Below, piece by piece: positions 52,986 to 64,000 of a stretch of DNA of 64,000 nucleotides (positions are counted from its first letter, which is position 1; each line of letters starts with the position of its first letter). The position numbers were made by a program, and so were the translations under genes. Source of the stretch: an uncultured Nitrososphaerales archaeon (GTDB lineage Archaea; Thermoproteota; Nitrososphaeria; Nitrososphaerales; Nitrososphaeraceae). Below the pieces are notes generated by a model that saw nothing but the letters and a program-made list of their open reading frames with translations, was not told the origin of the DNA and searched no databases. The stretch spans positions 64,001 through 128,000 of the forward strand of contig CAVPXM010000021.1 of assembly GCA_963709405.1 (NCBI GenBank), read 5' to 3'.

Positions 52986-54206
52986 GACCTACATCATCTA
53001 ACTCCACACATAGTTTTTACGAAGTCATGATTTCGTTTTAGCTTTTTATTGGCGCAATAACGTCGTACATCATCCAATCCGACAAAGACATATGATATTG
53101 CAAAAGGCATATTGATGATCCCGTTTCTTGTAGTGTAAGATAGGACCTCCAAAGCACCTGACACTGAAATCTGGTAATTTGCCACCATAGAATTCTTGGA
53201 TGGTCTGTTAGCATAACCGCATATCCTCCTTCTAAATTTTAACAAATTGAGAAGAAACTTGCCTGACCTTAGGCGGCTTAATTCCATTTAACCACTGTTA
53301 TTATTTGTTCTTGTTATTATTATCTTTTTGATATATCATTACTAACTTATCAAGTTTTATGATCTTCTAACCTCAATAGGTGATGAATTATCTACATTTT
53401 AGATATTAATGAATCAATTCTGTAACTTCATATAGCAATTTCTTGCAAGAATCATAATTCCAAGATGTCAAAAAGTTACCATCTCGTCAATCGCTATTAT
53501 GCTGATAGGCAGGTTGTATAATCAGAATATCATGATCCTTTTGCTGAATTGTTCAAAATCCACATCTATGGATGGTAGGTTCGTATGCTTGTTTAAGAAT
53601 CAGCTCTCGAATACTATTATCTGAGCCTATAGATTTTCAGTTTAATAGCTGCCATCGCTTCAACCAATTTGATAAACATATGATCAGGAATACTGGTTAC
53701 GTAATCTGAAAACCATCGGGATAGGTATATCGTTAATCGTTAAGTTACAAAAATCGCAGACTGAGCAGTTATAGGACTAGTAGATCTAGCTTTTGAAATA
53801 TAATGAATTGTTATATCAACATAGTCGAGTTAGGATCATTCAATTCGTTTCCTATAGGCGCAACATGCAAATGAGTCGGCCTTTCCTTGTCGTTGACCGG
53901 ACTCGATAAACATCGAAATCTTGGAATCATGAAAATCTAAAGATCGTTAATCATACGAAGAAAATCAAAAACCTTAATCCACCTGACGTTTCATCGAATC
54001 TTCGACGGGCTAATCGTGGGGTTAGGCCAGAATAAGATTCTGTTCGAGATTTCATAAGCAGCTACTGTAATTTGCATTATAAATGAGGGAGTACAAGAAA
54101 TCGAAATGCAAAGGTGTTCTGAAATACTTATGAATTAGGATAGTGCTTTCTTTATGGGAATATTTCGCAAGATTATACTAGTAACAATGGACGAAAAGCT
54201 GGTACA

Positions 54207-55331
54207 TTGAATTTCTTGAGACCTTATAATTTTATATTGCATAACGGCAATGATATAGTAGTGCAGTCTGAAATAACTGGTAAGGAAGCCGAGCTATATA
54301 TTAGACTTCCAAATGATAGGATAAAATGTACTGCTTGTGCCAGGCTTTGTGAAATCCCGGATGGTAAAATTGGTTTATGTGGTGTTAGAGGAGTCACAAA
54401 CCGCAAGTTGTATTTATATGTTTATGGCAAAGTCATTGCAGGTCACATCGACCCAATAGAGAAAAAGCCTGTAACGCACTATCGGCCTGGTGCGGCAATT
54501 TATTCTATAGCTACTACTGGTTGCAATTGGCTATGTAAGTATTGCCAGAACTATGATATTTCTCAAAGACGAAAAGTGGACGGCGTTGAAATGACTCCTA
54601 TGGAAGTAGTTCAAACTGCCCAACGATTTGGAGCTGACGGTATTGCCTATACTTACAACGAACCTTCAATCTTCATTGAATTTGCCAAGGACTGTGGACT
54701 TGAAGCACACAAGAGAAATCTTTTTAACATATTTGTTTCAAATGGTTTTGATACACCAGAATCAGTTTCGATGATGAATAAGTTTTTGGATTGCATAACC
54801 GTAGATTTTAAGGGGAGTGGAATGCAGGAGTTTGTAAGACGATATGTGGGTATTCCATCGGCCGAGCCAATTTTTCAAACGTTAATTGAGTTAAAAAACA
54901 AGACCTCTATTCATGTGGAAATTACTGATCTCATAGTTCCACGTGTTGGGGATAACTTAGAAGCTGCGAGAAAGCTGAGTAAATTCATATACGATCAATT
55001 AGGACCAGACGTCCCAATCCACTTTTTGAGATTCCATCCAGACTACAAGATGATGGAGTTTGGTATGACGCCGGTTGAAACATTGGAGAAACACCACGCG
55101 ATCGCAAAAGCCGAAGGCTTGAAATATGCGTATCTGGGAAATGTTCCTGGTCACCCGTTAGAACATACTTATTGTCCTGAATGTAACAGCATAGCTATAG
55201 AGCGTCATGGTTTTGATATAGTTTCGTGGAACCTCGATAGTAACAACTGTTGTACCAGATGTGGAAATTCTCTTCCAATAGTGGGAAGACCAAGCAAAAG
55301 TATGAAGAACCTATTTCGTATTATGCAATAA
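54207..55331 (+). CDS. amrS: AmmeMemoRadiSam radical SAM enzyme
   Basis: [31 protein letters not shown] and YLGNV motifs. Confidence 0.92.
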   Translation: MNFLRPYNFILHNGNDIVVQSEITGKEAELYIRLPNDRIKCTACARLCEIPDGKIGLCGVRGVTNRKLYLYVYGKVIAGHIDPIEKKPVTHYRPGAAIYSIATTGCNWLCKYCQNYDISQRRKVDGVEMTPMEVVQTAQRFGADGIAYTYNEPSIFIEFAKDCGLEAHKRNLFNIFVSNGFDTPESVSMMNKFLDCITVDFKGSGMQEFVRRYVGIPSAEPIFQTLIELKNKTSIHVEITDLIVPRVGDNLEAARKLSKFIYDQLGPDVPIHFLRFHPDYKMMEFGMTPVETLEKHHAIAKAEGLKYAYLGNVPGHPLEHTYCPECNSIAIERHGFDIVSWNLDSNNCCTRCGNSLPIVGRPSKSMKNLFRIMQ

Positions 55332-55463
55332 AACCTTCGATTATTAGTCGTATGCTTCATACCATGCTTTTAAATCCAGAATATAACACGAATTCCTAAG
55401 TCACCAGTTAGATGAATTGCAATAACCTCAAATTTATATTTACTCAACACTAAGTTACGTATC

Positions 55464-55505
55464 CTAATTTAGGTCTATAAAACACTAATTTAGGTCTATA
55501 AAACA
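55464..55505. repeat. exact 21-bp tandem duplication
   Basis: CTAATTTAGGTCTATAAAACA occurs twice in a row. Confidence 0.9.
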
Positions 55506-56192
55506 TCTCCCATCCCTTCGTGATCGGACCCATATTTGTAGATGAATAATTTGATACTTAACTTATTTACCATCAAATCCACGAAATTCAATTCTTGCAT
55601 TTATTACAAGTTACAAAGTTATGTGCAGCATTCCCATTTTTATCTAATTCTTGATCAAATTGCCATTTACAACATATCTTACAAATGGCTGTAACTACTC
55701 GCATTTAATTGTCTCCTAAGTGCAACATACAATTTCGAAAGTAATAGCAATTTCATCACAGAATGGATATACGATCTCCTAGATTAATATATCTCAGATA
55801 TGTTAACCTAAATTTATGAACATCACTGCATTAACCTTATGTCGTAAATATTTTGTAATTACCATTCTCTCAGATCCTTGGCCAATGGAATGATACCATA
55901 ATCCTGACAAGAAGATTTCAGGTACGTTCAATGAACCGTTTCAGAAAGCTGTCGGACGACAACCACATAAGAATCTAAGACGTATACTTATTTCGTACAT
56001 ACTGATGGTTTTCTCAGTTACAGTTAAGATAAGAATAATAAATTTGACTTGTTGATGACCTAACGTAAGCCAAAGCAATTCTCGCCTAAGCTAAACACAA
56101 CTTATGTAGAGGGATATTGGTATCACATATGATTTCACAACTGGGCAGAGAATAAAAATATATTAACAAAATAAAACGAAGATAATGATGAA

Positions 56193-56750
56193 TTGTCTGC
56201 TCAGCGAATGATATCTGCCAAGTCTTACTTTGCGAGGATGAATCAAAATAGAAATGAGAATCACTGGCTCCAGGAAAGTCACCTTCTAAGAGGTGTTGAA
56301 GAATTTTTTAGACTGAATAATTATTTTGCTTTTGAATATGATAAAACATTAAATCGAGGAATGCACACTTTTTCTTCTCCAATTGTGGGATACAGACAAG
56401 TACAAAACAGTAAAAAACAATCACCCCTGAATGATTCAACAGACAGGGACTCTGGAGATGTCCTAATTTCCATTTTAAGACCAAGAATAGATCAATATAA
56501 TCATAGCCTGATTGGATACTTGGAGTCAATCTTATATGATGTTATGGATAACTACGATCTACAGACAAAGTTAATTCTCGTAACAGATTCTCTGTCATAT
56601 ATCCCAATTATTAGGTTAGACGAACTAAATGTCGCGATTCAGAATTTGATGGAGGAGGGATTGTATCTGTTATTTCTAAATCATAGATACTCTTATGCTT
56701 TTTTTGATAAATTCGAAAATTTGACTAAGCCAATTGCTGTTTATCAATAG
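56193..56750 (+). CDS. hypothetical alpha/beta protein
   Basis: 185-aa open frame in an AT-rich region with protein-like composition. Confidence 0.6.
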   Translation: MSAQRMISAKSYFARMNQNRNENHWLQESHLLRGVEEFFRLNNYFAFEYDKTLNRGMHTFSSPIVGYRQVQNSKKQSPLNDSTDRDSGDVLISILRPRIDQYNHSLIGYLESILYDVMDNYDLQTKLILVTDSLSYIPIIRLDELNVAIQNLMEEGLYLLFLNHRYSYAFFDKFENLTKPIAVYQ

Positions 56751-57360
56751 CGAGCTGTTCCTGTGAGAAGTGGGGCATGATATCGCTTGCATCAGCGTCT
56801 TAATTCAACATTTTTCCAGGCCATCGATCAAGTGTCAGTGCATAACTCGAATTTCTGATACTTCAGTTTGTGTTATAACTTTATGAGAACGCATAAATAG
56901 AGTGGCATTATGTCTGAAATTTTTATCAGTTGTTGATTGTTAGAATTCCAAATAAGTACCTTAGAAACGACTGCGGTTTTGTTCTGAGTCTTGTAGCCAC
57001 AAGTACAATATCCAACATATTTCATAATAGTCTCTCTAACGTTAATTCACTCTCTAACTTTAAAGCTAATTACATGTACTCTCATTCTAGACTTAGTGAG
57101 TAGTGCCAAGGTACAAACGTTTAACGCGGACACTTGGATAAGGGATATGTTATGAGAGAGGTGATTTATTTATGCTCCTATCTCTACAACAACACGAAAT
57201 GGTTTAGGAAGAGAATACGTTCGCGTTCAGAATCTATCGAAAGTATTGTGAATAGGACAGATAATTTATTTTTACTTCTAACCTGTCTCATTAATTCTAA
57301 TCAAATTGGATGCGGGGTTAAAATGGGTAACAGGAATGGACGCGGATAATAACCGCATAA

Positions 57361-58018
57361 TTGGAAAGCGAAACGAACCAGACACTACTATGCACCTCAC
57401 GATTCGAAATACGAAAACGTAAGCCATTCCAAAGATCATTCTACTTCAAGAAGAATCTTCTCCCTACTTGGCTAGGTATGGTTATATATGGCATCGTGAC
57501 GAGTTGCAAAGCCGTATCGTATCTTCCCGTAGGGTCAATTAGTTGCCGGTGAACCAGATGGTACTGTAGTTGATCCTGCAAGCACACTTATTATATCTCT
57601 CAGGCAGGAACATGCCGAAGAAACTTTGTGCAAAATAACCGCCGACAGCATATTTACAAACCGTGATCCAAATGAAGATAGACTAAATGGAGCAGATATA
57701 TCTACTCATCCGAAATACAGGCATGAAGGGGATCGGAACCTGTTATGAGCACGAAAGCACCTTGCTCTCCGATTGGCTTTAAGATGAATAATCGCTGGAG
57801 GCAGGCTATATAATTATTGCGAACGCACAGGTAATCTCTCAGCTTCAGAATATGCTCACCAAGTAATAGCAGGCAAATTGCATAACCCAGTTTTGTCGTT
57901 TGAGCTAGACACTGGCTTTAGATTTACAAAAATATTGCCCAACTAACTGAGTGATGTTCGATCCCTTAACTATGCCAGCATTATCCGGTGGACAGATCCT
58001 CATATTGCAATGGAGTGA
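57361..58018 (+). pseudogene. GNAT acetyltransferase (YkwB-like) pseudogene
   Basis: Manual translation across frames gives TIRNT..IFP.GQLVA..GADISTHPKYRHEG..IIAGGRLYNY..PVLSFEL..SLNYASII.W, with several in-frame stops. Confidence 0.82.
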
Positions 58019-58536
58019 TAGAGACCTTTTATTTTTCATGGGGTATGTATAAAGTACATTCAAGTCAACTAGACTGATGAACTAACTACATAGATCCAGA
58101 AAACTTTCAAATGACTACGCAAGATAGGAATATCGTGCTTATCAAATTTGATATAACGTAATAGTATCATCACCTAATACCTTAAGTACCTCTTTTTCAT
58201 TTTTACCTATCTTTTTTAAAACAAAACCCTACTAGATATCGCAACAATGATCTACACAGTACCATCTGGTTATATTGAAGCCGGCATTAGAGGCGTGACT
58301 GTGGCACATAATGATATTGAGATAGTCTTGCTGACTATTTTACGAATTACTTTAATTCTGCTTACCTCATTTGTCGTCTAGATGCAACTCGAGCGTAGAT
58401 TGTAATTATTTTGTCAATTTTTAATATTTTGTATATATTTATGTTATCAATAGGAGTTATGTCAAATAATCTATATATAAGTAGCGGTTGAAAAGAAATC
58501 AACATTTATAAGATCATTTCATAATAGTGCGGATAG

Positions 58537-58731
58537 ATGAGCAATAAAGAGATGTCATCACAAGACCAACCATTAACGTCAAATAAGAAAGGCGTTTCTA
58601 AGGATAAGATGAGAATCGTGATGAATCTATACGAATCTGGCATCGGTGAGGAATTTATCGCCATGCAACTTGATTTAGAAATCCCAGAAGTAATCAGAAT
58701 CCTAAAGGAAGAAAATCTTTACAAGGATTAA
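58537..58731 (+). CDS. small HTH-like protein
   Basis: IVMNLYESGIGEEFIAMQLDLEIPEVIRIL; TTTATAA about 25 nt upstream. Confidence 0.7.
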   Translation: MSNKEMSSQDQPLTSNKKGVSKDKMRIVMNLYESGIGEEFIAMQLDLEIPEVIRILKEENLYKD

Positions 58732-59331
58732 ATATTCCCTTTACTACCTTGTCGTCGCACGTTTTCCGCTCAAATCGTCTTTGTAGTCAATAATCAGTAA
58801 TTAGCTCGATTCCATATTCGTCAACAGCGAGATTTAGTTCTTGTTACCACTTTTTAATTGATTTGTATACATATAAGTTTAAGAGAAGGGAATTATCGCT
58901 GTTTTCTAGTAGTCAAAAAAATAACCCGATCGTCTTAAAAATATCATCATAAAAAGAGACCGTCTTAAAATCTAGCCGGTTAGGACTCGCAATAATCCCG
59001 ATTATTCATTGTGAGCGGACAGCAAACCTTGCTACCTAGACTTCGCTGCGCAATATATTTTGCATTTCAAGGAACCTAATCTAGTGCAGGCTTTACTATG
59101 AGCTTTCAACATCTGAAATTAACTCAAGAATGCCTTTTATCAAAATGATTCATTCCATTGCCATTTAGTCACTCAGCTAATAATTAATCTCAGGTGTAGT
59201 TGGCGGCTGATAAGCAAGACAGTTTTTGAAATGTTCTCATTGCTTGCATTACTCATTTTTAATCACTATTTTTATGGTACCTCTATCTGCCGTTGACGTC
59301 TTATTTTTAGTAGTATGATGATACACTGTTT

Positions 59332-59517
59332 CTAACTCTCATCTGAAGTCAATGATTCTGCATTGTCGCAGTCGGCATGAACCTTCTCGTCCGTTCGATA
59401 ATTACACTTAGTACATTCAAAAGTCAAAGGCTCATGACATAGGTCACAGTACGTAGACACCGTTAGATCTGCTCCACATTTTATACATAAACTCTGGCTC
59501 ATTATCTCTATTATCAT
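59332..59517 (-). CDS. small Cys-rich zinc-finger protein
   Basis: CIKC, CDLC, CTKC and HADC motifs. Confidence 0.7.
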   Translation of the reverse strand: MIIEIMSQSLCIKCGADLTVSTYCDLCHEPLTFECTKCNYRTDEKVHADCDNAESLTSDES

Positions 59518-60124
59518 AGTGGGCAGAACCGGTAATAATTGTTGAGTCTATCGCAAATCAAAAACAATATATTAATTAGACATCAATTCCCACCTTAAAT
59601 ACTTTAGATTTCTATTTTATGTGATACCTACACTATCTAGTTGGGAGGGCTTATGATAGGACGCAAAGAATTGGATATTAAACATGATTAGATACCTTCA
59701 AGATTTAAAGCCCGAATCGTTGATGAGGTAAAGATATTCAGGTCTCCCTGTGTACGCAGCGATTACTCCCACCGAGGTAGGATCAATAATCCAAGCAATG
59801 GCTAGAATCTCCTAGCAGCTATCGGGTTGAATTAACGATTACTTTCCGAATATCATCTTTATGTGATACTTGTCTTGAATTGATCTCTTGCTACATTGGA
59901 TATATTGCAAACATCCTCAGATCGAGACGAATAGTCGATTTGGCAACCTGACCTATTGATTTTAGGCTTTAATCACTACCATGAATCATAATAAGTGTAA
60001 AACATAAGTGGTTGTAGCACGGTGTGTTACGCAGTTCAAATTAAATACATTGGATTATACTAACGGCTACACGTTGGGTACGATAAGGCATCCTTTTAAA
60101 CCTAGCAACTATATATTCTTTCAT

Positions 60125-60583
60125 ATGGATGAAAATACAGAACGGTCATTTCCTAAAATCCTTGTCGCTGTGGACGGTTCTGAGGCATCAATTGACGCGG
60201 CTAAATATGCCACACAAATAGCAAGTAGGTATGACTCGGACCTAATCGCGCTGTACGTAATTCTATCTGACATATCCATATTTGGTCCAGACACTCCACC
60301 TCACATAAACGTGCTGAAACAACAGGCTCAAGAAGTTCTAGATAAGGTAAAGGGAATATCAATGGATAGTGTCGGTAACAGGGACAGAAAATTTCGAATA
60401 AGATCAGAGTTAATTGGCTCTGCATCTGCAGTAGGTGGTATTGTGGGATTCGCCGAAAAGGAAAACGTTGATCTAATTGTGGTCGGAACTAGGGGAAGAT
60501 CTGGATTTAAAAAACTGCTATTGGGAAGTGTTGCGTCTGGTGTCGTGAGCTATGCTCATTGTCCGGTCCTAATAGTAAAATAA
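60125..60583 (+). CDS. universal stress protein
   Basis: KILVAVDGSEAS, DLIVVGTRGRSG..LLGSVA and CPVLIVK motifs. Confidence 0.93.
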   Translation: MDENTERSFPKILVAVDGSEASIDAAKYATQIASRYDSDLIALYVILSDISIFGPDTPPHINVLKQQAQEVLDKVKGISMDSVGNRDRKFRIRSELIGSASAVGGIVGFAEKENVDLIVVGTRGRSGFKKLLLGSVASGVVSYAHCPVLIVK

Positions 60584-61097
60584 AGATGAAAATAAGGGGT
60601 CGACTGAAGGGAGATTTGTCTTTCCATAGTAATTCGCGTTGGGGTTAGTCATTCAGTTAATTTCGACTTCATATATTTTTGCTCAACACTGATTGTTGCT
60701 TAGACCGTATTTGTTGATTTGCACCCCACGGTATTCATGATCCACTCGCCATGTGACATCGACTTGACTCGTATCAAAGCATTCGATTTTATTATTTTCC
60801 TTGCGAAATTATTCCATGCTGATCCAGGTCGCCAATGAGTGTGGATTCTTCAAACTGAATAGGATGAATAAAGACTCGACATATATCGTCAGTTCTTGTA
60901 GAATCAGATAATACTTATCGAGTTGGAAATGTTCGTTTGATGGAATTATATCAATTCGAATTTTTAGATATCTACTTTTCTATCTAGAAGTTCAGCAATA
61001 GCCAAATAGATATCTGTGATCAGGCAATTTCATAATCGAACATGCCTGAGAGAAAATAATAGCAAAGTATTAAAAAGCATTTTGTATGTGATCCGCT

Positions 61098-61942
61098 ATG
61101 GAAAATAAGCTAATAGTGGCGGCAGTCCTAACGCTCTCTTTGGGACTTGTTGTTGCATCTGCAAGCTCTGCCCAACCTCTAGTTATGGCACAGAATAACG
61201 CTACCGGATCATCGAATAACACAAAGATTAACACTAATGGATCGAATCAATCGAGTCCATCGCAACCTGCTAAGCCTGCAGCAACTAGCAATCAGTTGGA
61301 GCAGATGGGTAATAATACTGCCTTCTTAGCTGGCGGTGCAACGATAGCTAAAAAACCTAACGTGGCTCAGGGTTTATCTATGGAACAGAATTCTACTGCC
61401 GGACCGAGTGGGGCCAACATGACAGCACAAATGCAACCAGAATCTGCTTCCAAAAGTAACGCAAGCACCACCAACACCAACATGACCTCCACACCACCAA
61501 CACCCTCGACCTCCAATGCAAGCACCACCAACACCAACATGACCTCCACACCACCAACACCCTCGACCTCCAATGCAAGCACCACCAACACCAACATGAC
61601 CTCCACACCACAACACCCTCGACCTCCAATGCAAGCACCACCAACACCAACATGACCTCCACACCACAAACACCCTCGACCTCCAATGCAAGCACCACCA
61701 ACACCAACATGACCTCCACACCACCAACACCCTCGACCTCCAATGCGAGCAAAACGGCTGGTCCTGGCAGTAACGCCAGTGTTGGAGCCAATAATACAAA
61801 AGGAGGTTTAGCCCAAATGAATCAAACGGCATCATCAGCAGGAAAATCCACAAGTAATAATACGGGCCCGAACTCAAGCAACCTATTCGCGAAGGTAGGC
61901 GAGGCACTCAAGAACCTATTCGGCGGCAGTAACAAGAAATAA
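61098..61942 (+). CDS. secreted Ser/Thr/Asn-rich repeat protein (frameshift near 61611)
   Basis: Signal peptide, many N-x-S/T sequons, 19-aa repeats and an amphipathic C-terminus (LFAKVGEALKNLFGG). Confidence 0.8.
61458..61750 (+). repeat. 57-bp coding tandem repeat, about 5 copies (NASTTNTNMTSTPPTPSTS)
   Basis: Near-identical units; the third copy lacks one C. Confidence 0.95.
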
Positions 61943-62139
61943 GACCGAATTTCTTTTTTTATTTGTCGAGATTAATTGATTTCAGGTATTATGAATTCTT
62001 GTTGAAACATCATTTCAACCATTACTATCATCAGCCTAATAAAGCGTAATCGATATCCAATTTCACATGAATTCATATCTTCCAGGAATCAATTTCCGGA
62101 CTATTCACCATATTTCTTTCTCTATATTGTTTTCGAAAT

Positions 62140-62664
62140 GGATGGCGTTATTACAAAAGCGCCTCTTGGGGGAAAAAAGCACAGGACCAAATCCCACAGA
62201 CAGAGCTAAATCAGGTACAAAACGTAGTATTCTAGTAGATGGTAAAGGAGTACCACTTGGTGTATCTGTAGATGGAGCTAACAGACATGACATGAAGATG
62301 ACCAAAGCAACACTGCAAAGCATAGTCATCTATAGACCTGAACCAACAATCAGATCAAAGCAGCACATGTGCATGGACAAAGGCTACGACTTTCCAGAGG
62401 TATACGAATTACTAGAAGAAGAGTATGGCTATACAATTCACATCAGATTAAGAGGTGAAGAAATAAGCAACAATAAAGAAGAAGAAGAGGAATACCAAAA
62501 TACAGAGCTAGACGATGGGTTGTTGAAAGAACCCATTCTTGGATGAACAGGTTTAGACGATTGCTAATAAGATGGGAAAAGAGGATAGAGAACTATGTCG
62601 GAATGCTACATCTTGCTTGTGCTTGGATCACGTATAGAAGAAGTGGACTTTTCGCATAGGCTCT
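62140..62664 (+). mobile_element. 5'-truncated IS5-family remnant, same family as 27527-28518
   Basis: TGPNPTDRAKSGTKRS, DKGYD and RWVVER; right end CATAGGCTCT followed by TA; very similar to 27970-28518. Confidence 0.88.
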
Positions 62665-62859
62665 TAGTAGGATTGGATTTTGAGATGATGAGATCATATG
62701 AATAAGATGACGGAATCCTCTTTATTGAGTATCATTCTAGTATTCGAAGACTGCATTTCATTTGGCACTTCTCATTAGATGATGCCAAGGTTCTAAATAA
62801 ATATCCTACCATAGCCAAGACTATTCCTACTTCTGGTTCCAAAATACACAACAATCATT

Positions 62860-63874
62860 TTAAGATTTTCTCAACTCAGCTTTTACTATAATATAGTCTA
62901 TCACTCCTTTTTTTGATAGCTCTTTTCATTTTTAAAGCAGAATGATATATTATTTTTTCTACAAGGTCGTATGCAAGACTATTTATGATTCTTGATTGAA
63001 AAAGTAACGATGATGAAGATTTATTCCGTACTATTACTTTTCGTTTAAATGCTCCTCTATTTTGAATATAGTAATTCGCAAGCGGTTCATAGACATGAGT
63101 TCCGACGTGAAGAATATCTCTAATGATGAAACCTTTCGCCATAATTAATGATTGAATCGTCGATGAGTCATGATGTTGGGATGCCCAAGTGAAGTAAAGA
63201 AGCCCAAGTTTGAATATTGCATGTAGCCTCGAAAATTCGTTAGTTATGACTGGAAGTGCAATAATAAGAGTGCCGGTCTCCTCCCTCAATATTCTCCTCG
63301 ATTCATCGATAAATTGCGTAATAGGCCTAAAGTGATGTGCCGATTCTAAGGCAATAACTCTGTCGACACTTTGCGGTGCAAATGGTAAGAGCGTAGAATT
63401 GGCATTAATAAATGCTATATTATTCACACCTCTCCTCATTCTTACACTTTGATCAGGCGTCATAGAAGATTCATAGTTAGTCAGAGTGTATTCTCTATTC
63501 AAAATCGTCTTTTTGTGCTCAAATGCAAATCTGAGCTGTTGACTATTAGTATTAACACACATAATATCAACCGGATGGTATAGTGATTCCCAATAATTAG
63601 CTGGAGAGGAAAACCCGCTCCCTGCATCTATAATTCTTAAGCCAGGACGTAATTCTGCAAATTCTCCGACCAGTGAACACAGGTTACGTTGTGCCGTTTC
63701 TAAGTCTCTTGTATCTGAGTTCCAGTATCCAAAGTTAAGCATATTACAGTTGGTGATGCGTTGTACATATGGAGTCAAAAGATTGTAGATATTGATTATG
63801 TCATCATCATTTTGTCTGAAAATCCACAGTATACATGATAATACGGCAGAGATTAATGCCATTTCAAATACCAT
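62860..63874 (-). CDS. class I SAM-dependent methyltransferase, tocopherol/sterol-type (frameshift near 62925)
   Basis: LNFGYW, IIDAGSG and LPF..SVDRVIALESAHHF motifs; removing one A gives the C-terminus KELSKKGVIDYIIVKAELRKS*. Confidence 0.88.
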
Positions 63875-64000
63875 CTATGAATAAAGAACCGATCTATCTC
63901 GAAACCCATTAAAATATACTTAATTCCAGTCATGCTCTGTACTCTCGTTTTGTGTTCTAATTTAGCTATCGAAAATAGAAATTGTATTTTCTTTTTCCGT

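Noticed and set aside
52994-53287. 97-aa minus-strand ORF upstream of the HD gene
   Set aside because: No recognisable motif; cannot be supported from sequence alone.
55464-55505. 21-bp duplication as CRISPR or iteron
   Set aside because: Two directly adjacent copies with no spacer; most likely slippage.
61367-61907. Cys/Trp-rich minus-strand ORFs (WRSCWCWWCLH)
   Set aside because: Antisense shadows of the 57-bp repeat; not a RiPP precursor.

Overview
This is a low-GC archaeal chromosomal window. Gene content points to a soil ammonia-oxidising archaeon of the Nitrososphaerales (inference from the LysW-dependent Arg/Lys cluster, TFB, dph5, PAC2, BHB-intron tRNAs and many small lineage-type genes). 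About 1-27 kb is mostly housekeeping: CBS, CDF transporter, regulators, argG-lysW-lysX-lysY-lysZ-lysJ-lysM-lysS-lysW-lysX-lysK, dph5, a GvpD/KaiC-like ATPase, PAC2, SSB, tRNA-Leu, GT2, TFB, a PPP phosphatase and an AN1-M50 protease. About 27-49 kb is accessory: decayed IS5 and IS6 elements, an orphan CRISPR mini-array cut by an IS5, an IS5 holding a C2H2 gene and a 53-bp IS6-derived MITE, secreted and repeat proteins, and a candidate self-regulated SWIM/IS6-like transposon translationally coupled to a restriction-modification pair. A tRNA-Ser with two introns follows. About 49-64 kb is sparse: a Lys-rich micropeptide, an HD-GNAT protein, AmrS, USP, pseudogenes and a SAM methyltransferase. About ten isolated 1-nt frameshifts in otherwise intact genes are probably long-read indel errors. 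All family assignments are from motif recognition by eye; no database search was run.
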